NCBI GenBank assembly: GCA_964249375.1 | Contig: CAXUCK010000002.1 | Span: 1 to 61,901 of the forward strand | Length of the DNA: 61,901 nt | Source of the DNA: an uncultured Acidobacteriaceae bacterium | Lineage (GTDB): Bacteria; Acidobacteriota; Terriglobia; Terriglobales; Acidobacteriaceae | Direction of reading: 5' to 3' | Shown here: positions 48,720 to 61,431 of the stretch, in pieces | How the letters are laid out: each line of letters begins with the position of its first letter | Position numbering within the stretch: the stretch's first letter is position 1 | Program-made: the position numbers and the translations under genes | Notes under the pieces: model-generated | Database searches by the model: none | Seen by the model: the letters and a program-made list of their open reading frames with translations, nothing else | What the model was told of the DNA's origin: nothing

Positions 48720-50506
48720 TCGGCGGTCGAACTCGCCTCGTCCTGGTAAAAAGCGTCGATCTGACCTTTGTACTTCGACTCGACGACGCGGCGCTTCAGC
48801 TTCAGGCTGGGCGTAAGCTCGCCTCGTTCTACGCTCCACTCGTCAGGGATAACCGCAAACCGCTTGATCGTCTCGTGATGCGCCAGCCCCTGGTTCACCT
48901 CGTCAACAATGCCAGCATAGAGCGTGCGCACCTTCGCGTCCTGTACAAGGCTGCCGCGATTCTCTGAAGAGATGCCCTGCGATTTGGCCCAGATCTCAAG
49001 CGCATTAAAATTGGGGGAAATCAGCACGGAGGCGAACTTGTGTCGGTCGCCAACAAGCGCTGCATACCCCACCATCTGGTTCGCTTTCAGCCGGTTTTCG
49101 ATAGGCTGTGGCGCGATCAGTTTCCCGCCACTCGTTTTGAGCAGCTCTTTCTTCCGGTCGGTAATGGCGAGGTATTCGCTCTCGTCAACTTCACCGATGT
49201 CCCCAGTGCGAAACCAACCATCTTCGGTAAACGCTTCTGCCGATTCCTGATCCTTGTGCCAGTAGCCGCTCGTGACGGAAGGGCCTCTCACCTCGAGTTC
49301 GCCGTCAGGTGCGAAGCGGTGCTCCACGTTTGGAAGGATCCGGCCAACAGTGCCGATGCGGTGCCCCTTCGGATTCGCCAGCGCAATGACCGGAGATGTT
49401 TCGGTAAGGCCGTATCCCTCGTAAATGACTATCCCTACATCGGCAAACCAAGTGGCCGTGTCAACGCCCAGCGGCGCTCCACCGGAAACAAAGGTATGCA
49501 CCCGGCCGCCGAAGCCCGCACGAATCTTGCTGAAGGCAATGCGATGAGCAAGCTTCCAGGCAATGGAAGTCGGCGATTTTCCCGCGAGCACCTCTTCCCG
49601 GCGGGCATTCCCGGTGCGTATCGCCCACGCGAGCAGGCGGCTGCGGATCGGAGATGCACCCGCCCTCCCGAGAACCGCGTGACGGACCTTTTCATACACG
49701 CGCGGGACGGAAACAAAGATTGTTGGCTGGACAGCCTTCATCGCCTCTGGCAAATCTTCGAATCGGGCGCAGTAGGCGACTTTGGCCCCGTAAGACATCA
49801 GCGCGTAATCAAGGTGTCGCGCGGTGACATGCGAAAGTGGAAGGAACGAAATCCAGCTGTCCCGATCGCTGAAGTCGAAATCGCCAGTCGAGAAATTTAC
49901 ATTGCTTGCCAGATTGCCATGCGTCAGCAGGGCTCCCTTTGGCTCGCCAGTGGTGCCGGAAGTGTAGATGATCGTAGCGAGGTCGTCCGGCTGAACCAGA
50001 CCTAACGCCCCCTCAAAGCTCTCCCGGTCCAGGTCCGTGGTGTCCAGCAGCTTCCGGAAAGATTCCGCGCCGGCGAACTCGCCCTCGTCTATCACCACCA
50101 GGTGCTCGAGCGCGGGCAGGTCGACACAGGATCGAACTTTTTCGTACTGCTCGCGTGAGGAGACCACGGCAATCTTTGCGCCGGAATCGCGCAACATGTA
50201 ACCAATCTGGTCTGCGGGTAGGGAGGCATACAGCGGCACGTCAACTGCGCCTAGCGCAAGCGCGGCAAAGTCGGTCGCGGCCCACTCCCACCGGTTGTCC
50301 GACACCAGCGCGATACGATCGCCCTTGCGGATCCCCCACTCGGCAAATGTCCGGGCTAGGGCTTGCACCCGCATATAAAAGTCGGCGGCGGTGATGGGCT
50401 GCCACTTCCCTGCTCCGTCTTTCCAGAGCATCACCTCGCGCTTACCTTGGGCTGCCAGCTTCAGCAGCACGTCATTCACGGTGTATAGGTTAAATGCTTG
50501 TCGCAC
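48716..50506 (-). CDS. Long-chain fatty acid-CoA ligase (AMP-forming)
   Basis: IYTSGTTGEPKG, FLPLSH, EGYGLTE, WFRTGDIG, LTPSLKLKR. Confidence 0.92.
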   Translation of the reverse strand: MRQAFNLYTVNDVLLKLAAQGKREVMLWKDGAGKWQPITAADFYMRVQALARTFAEWGIRKGDRIALVSDNRWEWAATDFAALALGAVDVPLYASLPADQIGYMLRDSGAKIAVVSSREQYEKVRSCVDLPALEHLVVIDEGEFAGAESFRKLLDTTDLDRESFEGALGLVQPDDLATIIYTSGTTGEPKGALLTHGNLASNVNFSTGDFDFSDRDSWISFLPLSHVTARHLDYALMSYGAKVAYCARFEDLPEAMKAVQPTIFVSVPRVYEKVRHAVLGRAGASPIRSRLLAWAIRTGNARREEVLAGKSPTSIAWKLAHRIAFSKIRAGFGGRVHTFVSGGAPLGVDTATWFADVGIVIYEGYGLTETSPVIALANPKGHRIGTVGRILPNVEHRFAPDGELEVRGPSVTSGYWHKDQESAEAFTEDGWFRTGDIGEVDESEYLAITDRKKELLKTSGGKLIAPQPIENRLKANQMVGYAALVGDRHKFASVLISPNFNALEIWAKSQGISSENRGSLVQDAKVRTLYAGIVDEVNQGLAHHETIKRFAVIPDEWSVERGELTPSLKLKRRVVESKYKGQIDAFYQDEASSTAE

Positions 50507-50571
50507 GATTCAGAAACACGCCCCAGCAGCACATCATACGCGTGGATGCGCTGCGGAGCACGCCGTAGCGG

Positions 50572-53500
50572 TTAGGCCTGAGGCTTGGGCGTAAGCAGAA
50601 CGAAACTTCCGGCGCTGCGCGGCCAGTCCTGGAGGATCGACGAAGCGAGACTGCTGAAGCATTCTGCGCGATGCCGTTCGAGTAACGCTCGGAGCCCGTC
50701 CTGCGCTTCCGGACCAGTCTCGGCAAAGCAGACCGGATGCACGAAGTCGGGATGGTAACGCTCGTCCCGCAGGAACGAACCATCCGGGTCGCTAACCCAT
50801 GCGAGGCCGCCGGTCATGCCCGCGCCGAAGTTTGCACCGACAGAGCCGAGCACGACCACAAGACCCCCGGTCATGTATTCGCAGCCATGGTGGCCGATGC
50901 CCTCGACCACAGCGGTCGCGCCGGAGTTGCGCACAGCGAACCGCTCCCCAGCGCGTCCCGCCGCAAAGAGCTGGCCCGATGTAGCGCCGTAAAGTGCAAC
51001 GTTGCCTAGAATGACGTGCTGGTCGCTGGCCTTTGCCGCCAGACCGCGTGGCCGAATCACGAGTTTGCCGCCGGAGAGCCCCTTGCCCACGAAATCATTA
51101 GCCCAGCCGTCTAGGATGAGCTGCATCCCTGCAACAGTAAACGCGCCGAAGGACTGGCCTGCGGTGCCGTGAAGACTTAGGGTGACGTCGACGGGCAGGT
51201 CAACCTGCGCGCGTTGCAGGGCAATCTGTCCGGCGAGCCGGGCGCCGACAGCGCGGTCACGGTTCGCGATCGAGGCATCCACCGTATACGGTTGGCCCTT
51301 CTCGATGGCCGCCAGCGCAGGCACAAGCCACGCTTCGTCAAGTGGCTCAGCCATGGGCTGCGCGTTCTTCTGGCCCTGCCACGTGCGCGCGCCCTCGTGC
51401 GGACGAGCCAGCATTGGCTGGAGATCAAGATCCCCGTCAAAACGCACCTGCTCCAGCAGGTCCGTGCGCCCAATGGCCTCTTCGATTGACCGGAGACCAT
51501 ACCGCGCCAGCAGCTGCTGCAGTTCGGACGCCAGTTGCTCGAAGAACCGCACCACGTGTTCGGGCTTGCCGCGGAACTTCGCGCGCAATTCGGGCTTTTG
51601 CGTGGCAATGCCCGTGGGACACGTATTGAGATGACACTGCCGAGCCATGTCGCAGCCGATTGCCACGAGCACCGCCGTGCCAAACGCAAACTCATCAGCT
51701 CCGAGCAGAGCCGCGACCAGCACGTCCCTCGCTGTCCCCAGGCCTCCGTCGGTACGCAGACGCACGCGGCCACGCATGCCATTAGCCACGAGAACCTGCT
51801 GCGCCTCGGCGAGACCCAGCTCCCATGGACTGCCCGCGTACTTAATGCTGGAAAGTGACGCCGCGCCGGTACCGCCAGTATTGCCGGCAATCACGATGAA
51901 GTCGGCGTACGCTTTCGCCACGCCCGCAGCTACCGTACCAACTCCGCAGCTCGAGACAAGCTTTACGCCGACTGCGGCTTCCGGATTAACCCGCTTCAGG
52001 TCGTAAATCAGCTGAGCAAGATCCTCGATGGAGTAGATGTCATGATGAGGAGGCGGCGAAATGAGCGACACTCCCGGTTGTGCGTGACGCAGGCGCGCGA
52101 TCATGCCGCTGACCTTGAATCCGGGCAGCTGGCCTCCTTCGCCCGGCTTTGCACCCTGAGCGACCTTGATCTCGATCTCTTCGGCGTGCGCCAGGTACTC
52201 GGCCGTGACGCCAAAGCGCCCGGAGGCAATCTGCTTGATCTTGTTGTTGAGAGAAACCCCGGGGTTCGCGATCGTCGTGGCTGGCTCCGCGACGAGCGTT
52301 CCGCCACCCTGCTCCGCCTGCATCGGCCCGCCCGCCGCAGCATCCGCCGCAGCCACACTCGCGGGCTTGCGATACACATCCCGGTCCTCCCCGCCTTCGC
52401 CGGTATTGGACCGGCCGCCGAGCAGGTTCATCGCGGCCGTGATCGTCTGGTGAGCTTCGGGGCTGAGCGAACCGAGGCTCATAGCACTCGCGACGAAGCG
52501 TCTTGTCAGGCTGGACGTCGCTTCCACACTCTCCAGCGCCACCTCCGGTCCCGCAGGCCGGATTTCCAGCAGATCCCGCAGCACGGCAGTTTCCCGGTCG
52601 CTGACTGCGTGCGAGTACATGGCGAAGGCAGATTTCGGATCGGCCGTGACTGCAACACCACGTGCACTGCCAACCACCGATTGCAGAGCCTTCACCGTGG
52701 GAGGCTGCCAGAGGTGCGGCTCTGCATTGTCGGCTTTACGGAAGCGGATCCAGCCGTAGTCGGGCAGCTCTCCCGGCGCATCACCCACGGCCTCACCGCG
52801 CTCCCACACCGCCCGGATCTGCGCCTCAATCTCCCCGAAGCCAATGCCGGAAAGCGGCGCGGGTGTCCCGGGGAAGCATCGGTCGATGACGCTGCCGTGA
52901 AGCCCGAGGCTGTCGAACAGGTGCGCGCCGCGGTAGCTATCCACGACCGAGATCCCCATTTTCGACATGATTTTAGCGAGACCCGCGTCGAAGGCCTTCA
53001 GCATGCGCTGCTCGGTCCCGGCAACATCGTCCCCCGGTTTGGTGAAGTCACGTGCTGTCTCAAGCGCAAGCCACGGGCAGACCACGCCAGCGCCGTATCC
53101 GATGAGCACCGCCGCGTGGTGCGTGTCGCGGCAATCGCCCGCCTCCACCGCCAGTCCGGTGCGGGTCCGCAGCCCAGCGGCGACGAGCGCCTGATGCACA
53201 GCGCCCGTTGCCATCGCCATGGGAAGCGGCAGTTGCGCCGCACAGGCCAGGCGATCGGAGAGCAACAGCACCCGCGCTCCGTTGCGCACCGCGTCTACTG
53301 CAGCCGCGCAGACCACGTCCAGTCCCTCAGCAAGGGTCGATTCCGCAGCAAAGACGCAAGCGACTTCAGCCACCTTCAGTTCCCCCGCATTCGCATGCCT
53401 GCCAGAGCGCAGCGCCTCAACTTGGCCCAGCGAGAGAAAGGGCGAAAGAAGAGACAGGCCTGGCAACGGGGATCGCTTGTCGAGCAGGTGCGGCCAGGGG

Positions 53501-55134
53501 CCCAGCCGAGTATGAAGCGAGACGACGCAGGACTCTCGCAGAGGATCGATGGCGGGATTGGTCACCTGCGCAAAACGCTGCCGGAAATAGGCGTAAACCG
53601 GTCGCGGCGAGCGCGCGAAAAAGGCCAGCGGCGTGTCGTCGCCCATCGACCAAACAGCGTCCTTCCCGTCGGTCGCCATGGGCTGCAGGATCATCTTCAC
53701 GTCTTCCCGCGTGTACCCGAAGCAGCGTTGCGCGTGCGCGAGTGCGGCGGCGCTCGGCACCGAAACCTCCGGGACCGCGATCAGCGAGGCGTCTTCGGCG
53801 AGTCGGACGTAGCTCGGCTCGGCGTCGAACATCAGCCAAAGCTCTTCGTTTTCATACAGTCGTTTCGCTTCGAGATCAACAACCAGCATCTCGCCCGGGC
53901 CGAGCCGGCCGCTGTGCGACACCTCATCAGGATCAAGGTCGACCAGACCGACCTCCGAGCCGGCGACCACCAGGCCCGAGCGCGTAACCGCAAAGCGGGA
54001 GGGTCGGAGACCATTACGATCGAGCGCGGCGCCCACGATCCGTCCGTCGCTGAAAGCAAGCGCAGCCGGTCCGTCCCACGGCTCCGCCACATCCATGTGG
54101 TACTTCAGGAACGGCGAGTTGCGTCCCATCACTGCCGGCGGAAGCAACATGCGCAGCGCCTCCGAAAGCGATCGGCCGTTCCGCGTAATGAGCTCAATGG
54201 CCTCATCAAGGCTGGTCGAATCGGTCCCTTCTTTACTCAGAATCGGCTTGAACTCCTCCGGGAACGAGGAGTCACGAGCAGCCATGCGCGCGCGATTCCC
54301 CCACACTGTGTTGATCTCGCCGTTGTGCGCCAGTAAGCGTCCGGGCTGGGCGCGGTGCCACGCGGGCAGTGTGTTCGTCGCATAGCGCTGATGAAAAAGT
54401 GCAAATGGAGTGACATACTCCACGCATTCGAGGTCGGGAAAAAACTCCCCGAGCAGCGACCCCGTGCACATCGCCTTGTACACGACCGTCCGGCAGGAAA
54501 GCGTCGCCACATAGGCCTTCAGCCCAGCGGCTTCCGACTCACGCTCGAACCGCTTCCGCGCAAGATACAGGCGACGCTCGCGGTTCGGCTCCGCATCGGC
54601 ACGGTTGTCAGATAACAGGAGCTGATAAATCGCCGGCAGTGTACTCAAAGCGATCTCGCCCAGCCGCTCCCGGCGCACGGGAACGTCACGCCAGGCAAGC
54701 ACATGGAATCCCTCGGCCGCGATGCTCTGCTCCAGCAGCATTTCCGCTCGGCGGTCCCCCTCGTGCGTAAACAACACGCCGACACCCAGCATCTCGTCAA
54801 CCCGCAACGACAAACCCAGAGAACTAACCAGCAGATCACGTGGAATGGCGGTCATCACGCCCACGCCATCACTGCTCTTTCCGTCGGCTGCAACCGCGCC
54901 TCGGTGAGCCAGCCGCGCCAACGCCGTCAACGCCTGCCGAAGGATGCTGTTGTCAGTTACCGCTTCCCCAATGGTTGCAACAAAACCGACTCCGCACGAG
55001 TCGTGGTCAAACCGCTCGTCGATCAAAGTTGCGATCGGCATTCGAGCTCCGGCGAGCAGATTCGGAACAGAGGTTCGGAAACCTGCAGAGATACCTTTGC
55101 CCTGACGCCGGGATGATGGAATGATCTGATCCAT
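50572..55134 (-). CDS. gltB: Glutamate synthase large (alpha) subunit
   Basis: Propeptide then CGVGFVA (N-terminal Cys GATase), EPWDGPA, NTGEGG, QGAKPGEGG, CDMARQCHLNTC (3Fe-4S), GXGXG domain. Confidence 0.96.
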   Translation of the reverse strand: MDQIIPSSRRQGKGISAGFRTSVPNLLAGARMPIATLIDERFDHDSCGVGFVATIGEAVTDNSILRQALTALARLAHRGAVAADGKSSDGVGVMTAIPRDLLVSSLGLSLRVDEMLGVGVLFTHEGDRRAEMLLEQSIAAEGFHVLAWRDVPVRRERLGEIALSTLPAIYQLLLSDNRADAEPNRERRLYLARKRFERESEAAGLKAYVATLSCRTVVYKAMCTGSLLGEFFPDLECVEYVTPFALFHQRYATNTLPAWHRAQPGRLLAHNGEINTVWGNRARMAARDSSFPEEFKPILSKEGTDSTSLDEAIELITRNGRSLSEALRMLLPPAVMGRNSPFLKYHMDVAEPWDGPAALAFSDGRIVGAALDRNGLRPSRFAVTRSGLVVAGSEVGLVDLDPDEVSHSGRLGPGEMLVVDLEAKRLYENEELWLMFDAEPSYVRLAEDASLIAVPEVSVPSAAALAHAQRCFGYTREDVKMILQPMATDGKDAVWSMGDDTPLAFFARSPRPVYAYFRQRFAQVTNPAIDPLRESCVVSLHTRLGPWPHLLDKRSPLPGLSLLSPFLSLGQVEALRSGRHANAGELKVAEVACVFAAESTLAEGLDVVCAAAVDAVRNGARVLLLSDRLACAAQLPLPMAMATGAVHQALVAAGLRTRTGLAVEAGDCRDTHHAAVLIGYGAGVVCPWLALETARDFTKPGDDVAGTEQRMLKAFDAGLAKIMSKMGISVVDSYRGAHLFDSLGLHGSVIDRCFPGTPAPLSGIGFGEIEAQIRAVWERGEAVGDAPGELPDYGWIRFRKADNAEPHLWQPPTVKALQSVVGSARGVAVTADPKSAFAMYSHAVSDRETAVLRDLLEIRPAGPEVALESVEATSSLTRRFVASAMSLGSLSPEAHQTITAAMNLLGGRSNTGEGGEDRDVYRKPASVAAADAAAGGPMQAEQGGGTLVAEPATTIANPGVSLNNKIKQIASGRFGVTAEYLAHAEEIEIKVAQGAKPGEGGQLPGFKVSGMIARLRHAQPGVSLISPPPHHDIYSIEDLAQLIYDLKRVNPEAAVGVKLVSSCGVGTVAAGVAKAYADFIVIAGNTGGTGAASLSSIKYAGSPWELGLAEAQQVLVANGMRGRVRLRTDGGLGTARDVLVAALLGADEFAFGTAVLVAIGCDMARQCHLNTCPTGIATQKPELRAKFRGKPEHVVRFFEQLASELQQLLARYGLRSIEEAIGRTDLLEQVRFDGDLDLQPMLARPHEGARTWQGQKNAQPMAEPLDEAWLVPALAAIEKGQPYTVDASIANRDRAVGARLAGQIALQRAQVDLPVDVTLSLHGTAGQSFGAFTVAGMQLILDGWANDFVGKGLSGGKLVIRPRGLAAKASDQHVILGNVALYGATSGQLFAAGRAGERFAVRNSGATAVVEGIGHHGCEYMTGGLVVVLGSVGANFGAGMTGGLAWVSDPDGSFLRDERYHPDFVHPVCFAETGPEAQDGLRALLERHRAECFSSLASSILQDWPRSAGSFVLLTPKPQA

Positions 55135-55198
55135 AGCTCACTATACTGGTTCGGCTCGGGGAACGCGCCGCTCGAACGCTTGCTCATGTGTTCCCGAA

Positions 55199-55238
55199 GA
55201 CGTATATTTATACAACGTAGTAAGTATATTTATACATC
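55199..55238. promoter_or_regulatory. Tandem ARG boxes (ArgR operator)
   Basis: GTATATTTATACA is repeated exactly at 55202 and 55224. Each copy fits the 18-bp nnTGnATnnnnATnCAnn pattern with one mismatch. It lies directly upstream of argR. Confidence 0.8.
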
Positions 55239-55272
55239 CTGAGCACCACGTCCGCATCCAACCCTTGGAACC

Positions 55273-55713
55273 ATGAAACAGCAACGTCACGCAGCCATCC
55301 AGGACCTTCTTGCCAAGGCCTCCATCAGCAACCAGGACGAGCTTCGGCGGCGGCTCGCCGAGCGTGGCTTCCATGTGACCCAGGCAACGCTGTCGCGCGA
55401 TATTCACGAGCTTCGGCTCTCCAAAGGGCCGAATGGCTACGTGATGCCGAGTGCTGCCGAAGACGAGGAGGAGGACCTGCCTGGCATTCGAGACATGCTT
55501 CGCAGTTTCGGGATGGAGGTGCGTCAGGCGCTGAATCTCTTAGTCCTGGTCACCACCACCGGCAGCGCGCAGCCCGTGGCAGCGGGGATCGATTACGAGG
55601 ACTGGCCGGAGGTCGTCGGAACCATCGCCGGCGACGACACGGTCTTGATCATCTGCGCCGATGAGCAACGATCAAGCGCGCTCAAAGCACGGATTGAGGA
55701 GTACATCGGTTGA
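55273..55713 (+). CDS. argR: Arginine repressor
   Basis: NQDEL, VTQATLSRDI, GTIAGDDT. Confidence 0.95.
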   Translation: MKQQRHAAIQDLLAKASISNQDELRRRLAERGFHVTQATLSRDIHELRLSKGPNGYVMPSAAEDEEEDLPGIRDMLRSFGMEVRQALNLLVLVTTTGSAQPVAAGIDYEDWPEVVGTIAGDDTVLIICADEQRSSALKARIEEYIG

Positions 55714-56852
55714 CTTCGGCAGTGTGCCACAAAGCAGATCCAATCCGCGACGGTACCGCAGCAGCTAGTGGTGCGGCCGCTGAGTTCAGGCGTGCGCCGC
55801 GGACGGCGGTTGCTGGCGTCAGCGGTTTTGCGGGCGGCGAGCTGGCCAGGTTACTTTTGCGGCATCCACGATTCGCCGGAGAGACGCCACTCTTGCTAAG
55901 TCGGCCGGAAAATTCATCTGCTCTTCGCTCGCCGTGGCTGTCCGAGCTGCATCCTGCGCTTGCGCCCTGCTCGGGCGAAACCGAAATTGCGGTTCTCCCG
56001 TTCGACTGGAAGCGGCTGCGTGAGTTTGGCGCCGAGATCCTGTTTCTTGCAACACCGCACGAGCAGTCCCGTGAATGGGTACCCGAAGCGCTCGCCGCTG
56101 GCATGCGCGTCATCGACCTGAGCGGGGCTTGGCGTCTGCACGAGAGTGGAAACCGATCTGTCTACCAGATGCAAGACGCCGACCCCGCACATGCGGCTCA
56201 GCTGCAGGCCGAAGCCGTTTATGGCTGCCCGGAGCTCCACCGCAAACAGATCCGCTCAGCGCGTCTGGTAGCGAACCCCGGCTGTTATGCAACCTCCATT
56301 ATTCTCGCGCTCGCACCGCTGCTGCGTGCGGGCTTGGTCGATGTGGAGCGCGGCATCGTCTGCGACGCGAAGTCGGGTGTCAGCGGCGCGGGCAAGGCGT
56401 CGACGGCAAAGACACACTTCATGTACGCCGCCGATAACCTCTCGGCTTACGCGGTCTTTGGGCATCGCCACACCGGCGAGTTGCTCGAACAGCTTCATCT
56501 GTCGGCCGAGCAGATTCAGTTCACGCCGCATCTGTTGCCGATTCCTCGCGGAATCTTGTCAACGATGTACCTGCGCCTGCGCGAGCCGGCAGACGCTGCG
56601 ACGATCACCTCGATCTATCAGGAGTTCTTCGCCGAATCACCAATGGTGCGGCTGCGTCGGCCGGGCGATCTGCCCCAGGTGCAGCACGTCGTTCGCACCA
56701 GCCTGTGCGATCTCGGCTTCGAACTCGGACCCGACGGCAAGCGGCTCGTGGTGGTGTCGTGTTTGGACAACCTGCTCAAAGGCGCAGCCGGCCAGGCGGT
56801 ACAAAATCTGAATCTCATGGCTGGCTGGAAGGAAGAAGAGGGCCTGCGATGA
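55710..56852 (+). CDS. argC: N-acetyl-gamma-glutamyl-phosphate reductase
   Basis: GVSGFAG, LATPH, IDLSGAWR, ANPGCY, SGVSGAG, DNLLKGAAGQAVQN. Confidence 0.95.
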   Translation: MTSAVCHKADPIRDGTAAASGAAAEFRRAPRTAVAGVSGFAGGELARLLLRHPRFAGETPLLLSRPENSSALRSPWLSELHPALAPCSGETEIAVLPFDWKRLREFGAEILFLATPHEQSREWVPEALAAGMRVIDLSGAWRLHESGNRSVYQMQDADPAHAAQLQAEAVYGCPELHRKQIRSARLVANPGCYATSIILALAPLLRAGLVDVERGIVCDAKSGVSGAGKASTAKTHFMYAADNLSAYAVFGHRHTGELLEQLHLSAEQIQFTPHLLPIPRGILSTMYLRLREPADAATITSIYQEFFAESPMVRLRRPGDLPQVQHVVRTSLCDLGFELGPDGKRLVVVSCLDNLLKGAAGQAVQNLNLMAGWKEEEGLR

Positions 56853-57631
56853 AATACGTGGTCAAACTGGGCGGGGCAACACTCGAGGACGAGCGGCTGC
56901 TCCACAGTTGCGGAAAAGCGATCGCCGACTTGGTGGCCGACGGCAATCGGGTCGCGGTGGTTCACGGTGGAGGTGTGCAACTCACCCGCACCCTGGCGCG
57001 CATGGGCAAAGAAAGTCAATTCATCTCCGGCCTGCGCGTCACCGACGCCGAGACCCGCGACACGGCGCTGATGGTGCTCGGCGGACGTGTGAACAAGTCA
57101 CTTGTCGCCGCAATCGGAACACACGGGCAGAACGCCGTGGGACTAACCGGCGGCGACGGCCACGTCTTTCGTGCGCGGAAAAAACGCACACAGCCCGACC
57201 TGGGCTACGTCGGCGAGATCGCAGCGTCGGACCCGCGCTGGCTCGAAGCGATCTGGACCATGAACGCGGTGCCAGTCATCTCGTCGATTGCGCTCGGCTT
57301 CGACGGCGAGTACTACAACATCAACGCCGACGAGATGGCCTCCGCCTGCGCTGTCGCGACGCACGCAAATGCGCTCGTGTTCCTTACCGACGTTCCCGGT
57401 GTCAAAGGCGCTGACGGCAAGGTCATGCGCTGGCTCACACTTCGAGAGATCCCGGAGCTTGAGCGGCGACGCATCGTCTTCGGTGGCATGCTCCCGAAAC
57501 TGAACGCCTGCAAGGCGGCCCTTGAAGGCGGCGTGCAGCGCGTTCGTATTCTTCCCGCAGAGGTGGCCTCCCTTCTTCCCGACCTCTGCTCCACTCGCGT
57601 CAGTGACGGCACGGAGGTGATGGTCGCGTGA
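56849..57631 (+). CDS. argB: Acetylglutamate kinase
   Basis: VKLGG, VHGGG, GLRVTD, NINAD, LTDVPGV, GGMLPK. ATG 56849 in an ATGA overlap. Confidence 0.95.
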   Translation: MKYVVKLGGATLEDERLLHSCGKAIADLVADGNRVAVVHGGGVQLTRTLARMGKESQFISGLRVTDAETRDTALMVLGGRVNKSLVAAIGTHGQNAVGLTGGDGHVFRARKKRTQPDLGYVGEIAASDPRWLEAIWTMNAVPVISSIALGFDGEYYNINADEMASACAVATHANALVFLTDVPGVKGADGKVMRWLTLREIPELERRRIVFGGMLPKLNACKAALEGGVQRVRILPAEVASLLPDLCSTRVSDGTEVMVA

Positions 57632-58882
57632 ACCTCGCATCGATTCAGGCGGCGGAAGAAAAGCTGCTCATCCAAACCTACGCCCGGCAGCCGATCCTGT
57701 TTACTCGCGGAGACGGCGTCCACCTCTACGACGCCGATGGCCACGAGTACCTCGATTTGCTCAGCGGCATCGGCGTTTGCGCGCTTGGCTACGGCGACGC
57801 AGCCGTGACCAAAGCGATCGAGCGTCAGAGCCGCGATCTGCTGCATACGTCCAACCTCTTCTACCATCCGCACACCGCAGAACTAGCGTTGCGCCTCACG
57901 GAAAAGAGCGGCCTCGATCGCGCGTTTCTGTGCAACAGCGGCACCGAAGCCTGGGAGGCTGCGCTCAAACTCGCTCGCGCTCACGCCGAGCAGTCGCGCG
58001 CCGCTGGCCGTCACCTGGGCACGCATTTCTTGGCCATGGAGCATTCCTTCCACGGAAGGTCGATGGGTTCGGTTGCAACCACTCACAAATTGAAATACCG
58101 GGAACCCTTCTACCCCGTTATGCCGGGAGTCGAGTTCGTGCGGTTCAATGACGTCGCCGATCTACGGGCAAAGTTTTCCGCTGACATCTGCGCGATCTGT
58201 CTCGAGCCCGTTCAAGGCGAGGGAGGCATTCACGCCGTTTCGCCGGAGTTCTTTGCCGCGGCCCGCGAGCTCTGCGATAGCACGGGCGCATTGCTGTTGG
58301 CTGACGAAATCCAGTGCGGTTTCGGGCGCACCGGCCGGTGGTTCGCCTACCAGCACAATGACGTTCTGCCGGACGTTGTCACTGTCGCCAAGCCACTGGC
58401 GAATGGCATCCCGATCGGCGCCATGCTGGCGACGGATCGAGCAGCCGCGGCCTTTTCACCCGGCATGCACGGGACCACCTTCGGTGGCAATCCGCTGGCC
58501 TGTGCAGTTGCCATCACCGTCATCGATGAGATCGACCGCCGGGACCTCCTCTCGCATGTAACCGAAGTCGGAACATATCTTCAGCAGCGGCTTTGGTCTC
58601 TTGCGGAACAACACGACAGCGTCGTCGACGTACGCGGACTGGGGCTCATGCTCGGTGTCGAGCTTGCGACCGCCGAACTCGCCGAGGCAGTAGCGGCTGA
58701 GATGCTGGCCCGACGCATCATCCTCAATCGAACCAGTGACACCGTCCTCCGCATGTTGCCGCCCTACATTCTCGAGCGCACGCACGTGGATCAGGCCATA
58801 TCCGCGCTCGACCAGACGCTTCATGCCGTCAGCACCGAAGCCGCAGCAGGAGCCGTCTCGGCGACCCGCACAGGAGAGTTCC

Positions 58883-58890
<8 letters not shown>
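57628..58890 (+). CDS. argD: Acetylornithine aminotransferase
   Basis: NSGTEA, SFHGR, EPVQGEGG, DEIQCGFGRTG, AKPLANG, HGTTFGGNP. Confidence 0.93.
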
Positions 58891-61370
<2,480 letters not shown>

Positions 61371-61431
61371 CGTCTGCGCAGGCTCGTGAAGCGCCTGCAC
61401 AGCGGCACGGGGAGAAACAACGGTACTGAGA

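Noticed and set aside
52042-54336. 764-aa plus-strand ORF, and similar long antisense ORFs at 12938-14185, 34040-35017, 43321-44511 and 49040-50005
   Set aside because: These lie opposite well-supported genes, are Arg/His-rich and lack motifs; they are expected shadows of GC-rich codon usage.
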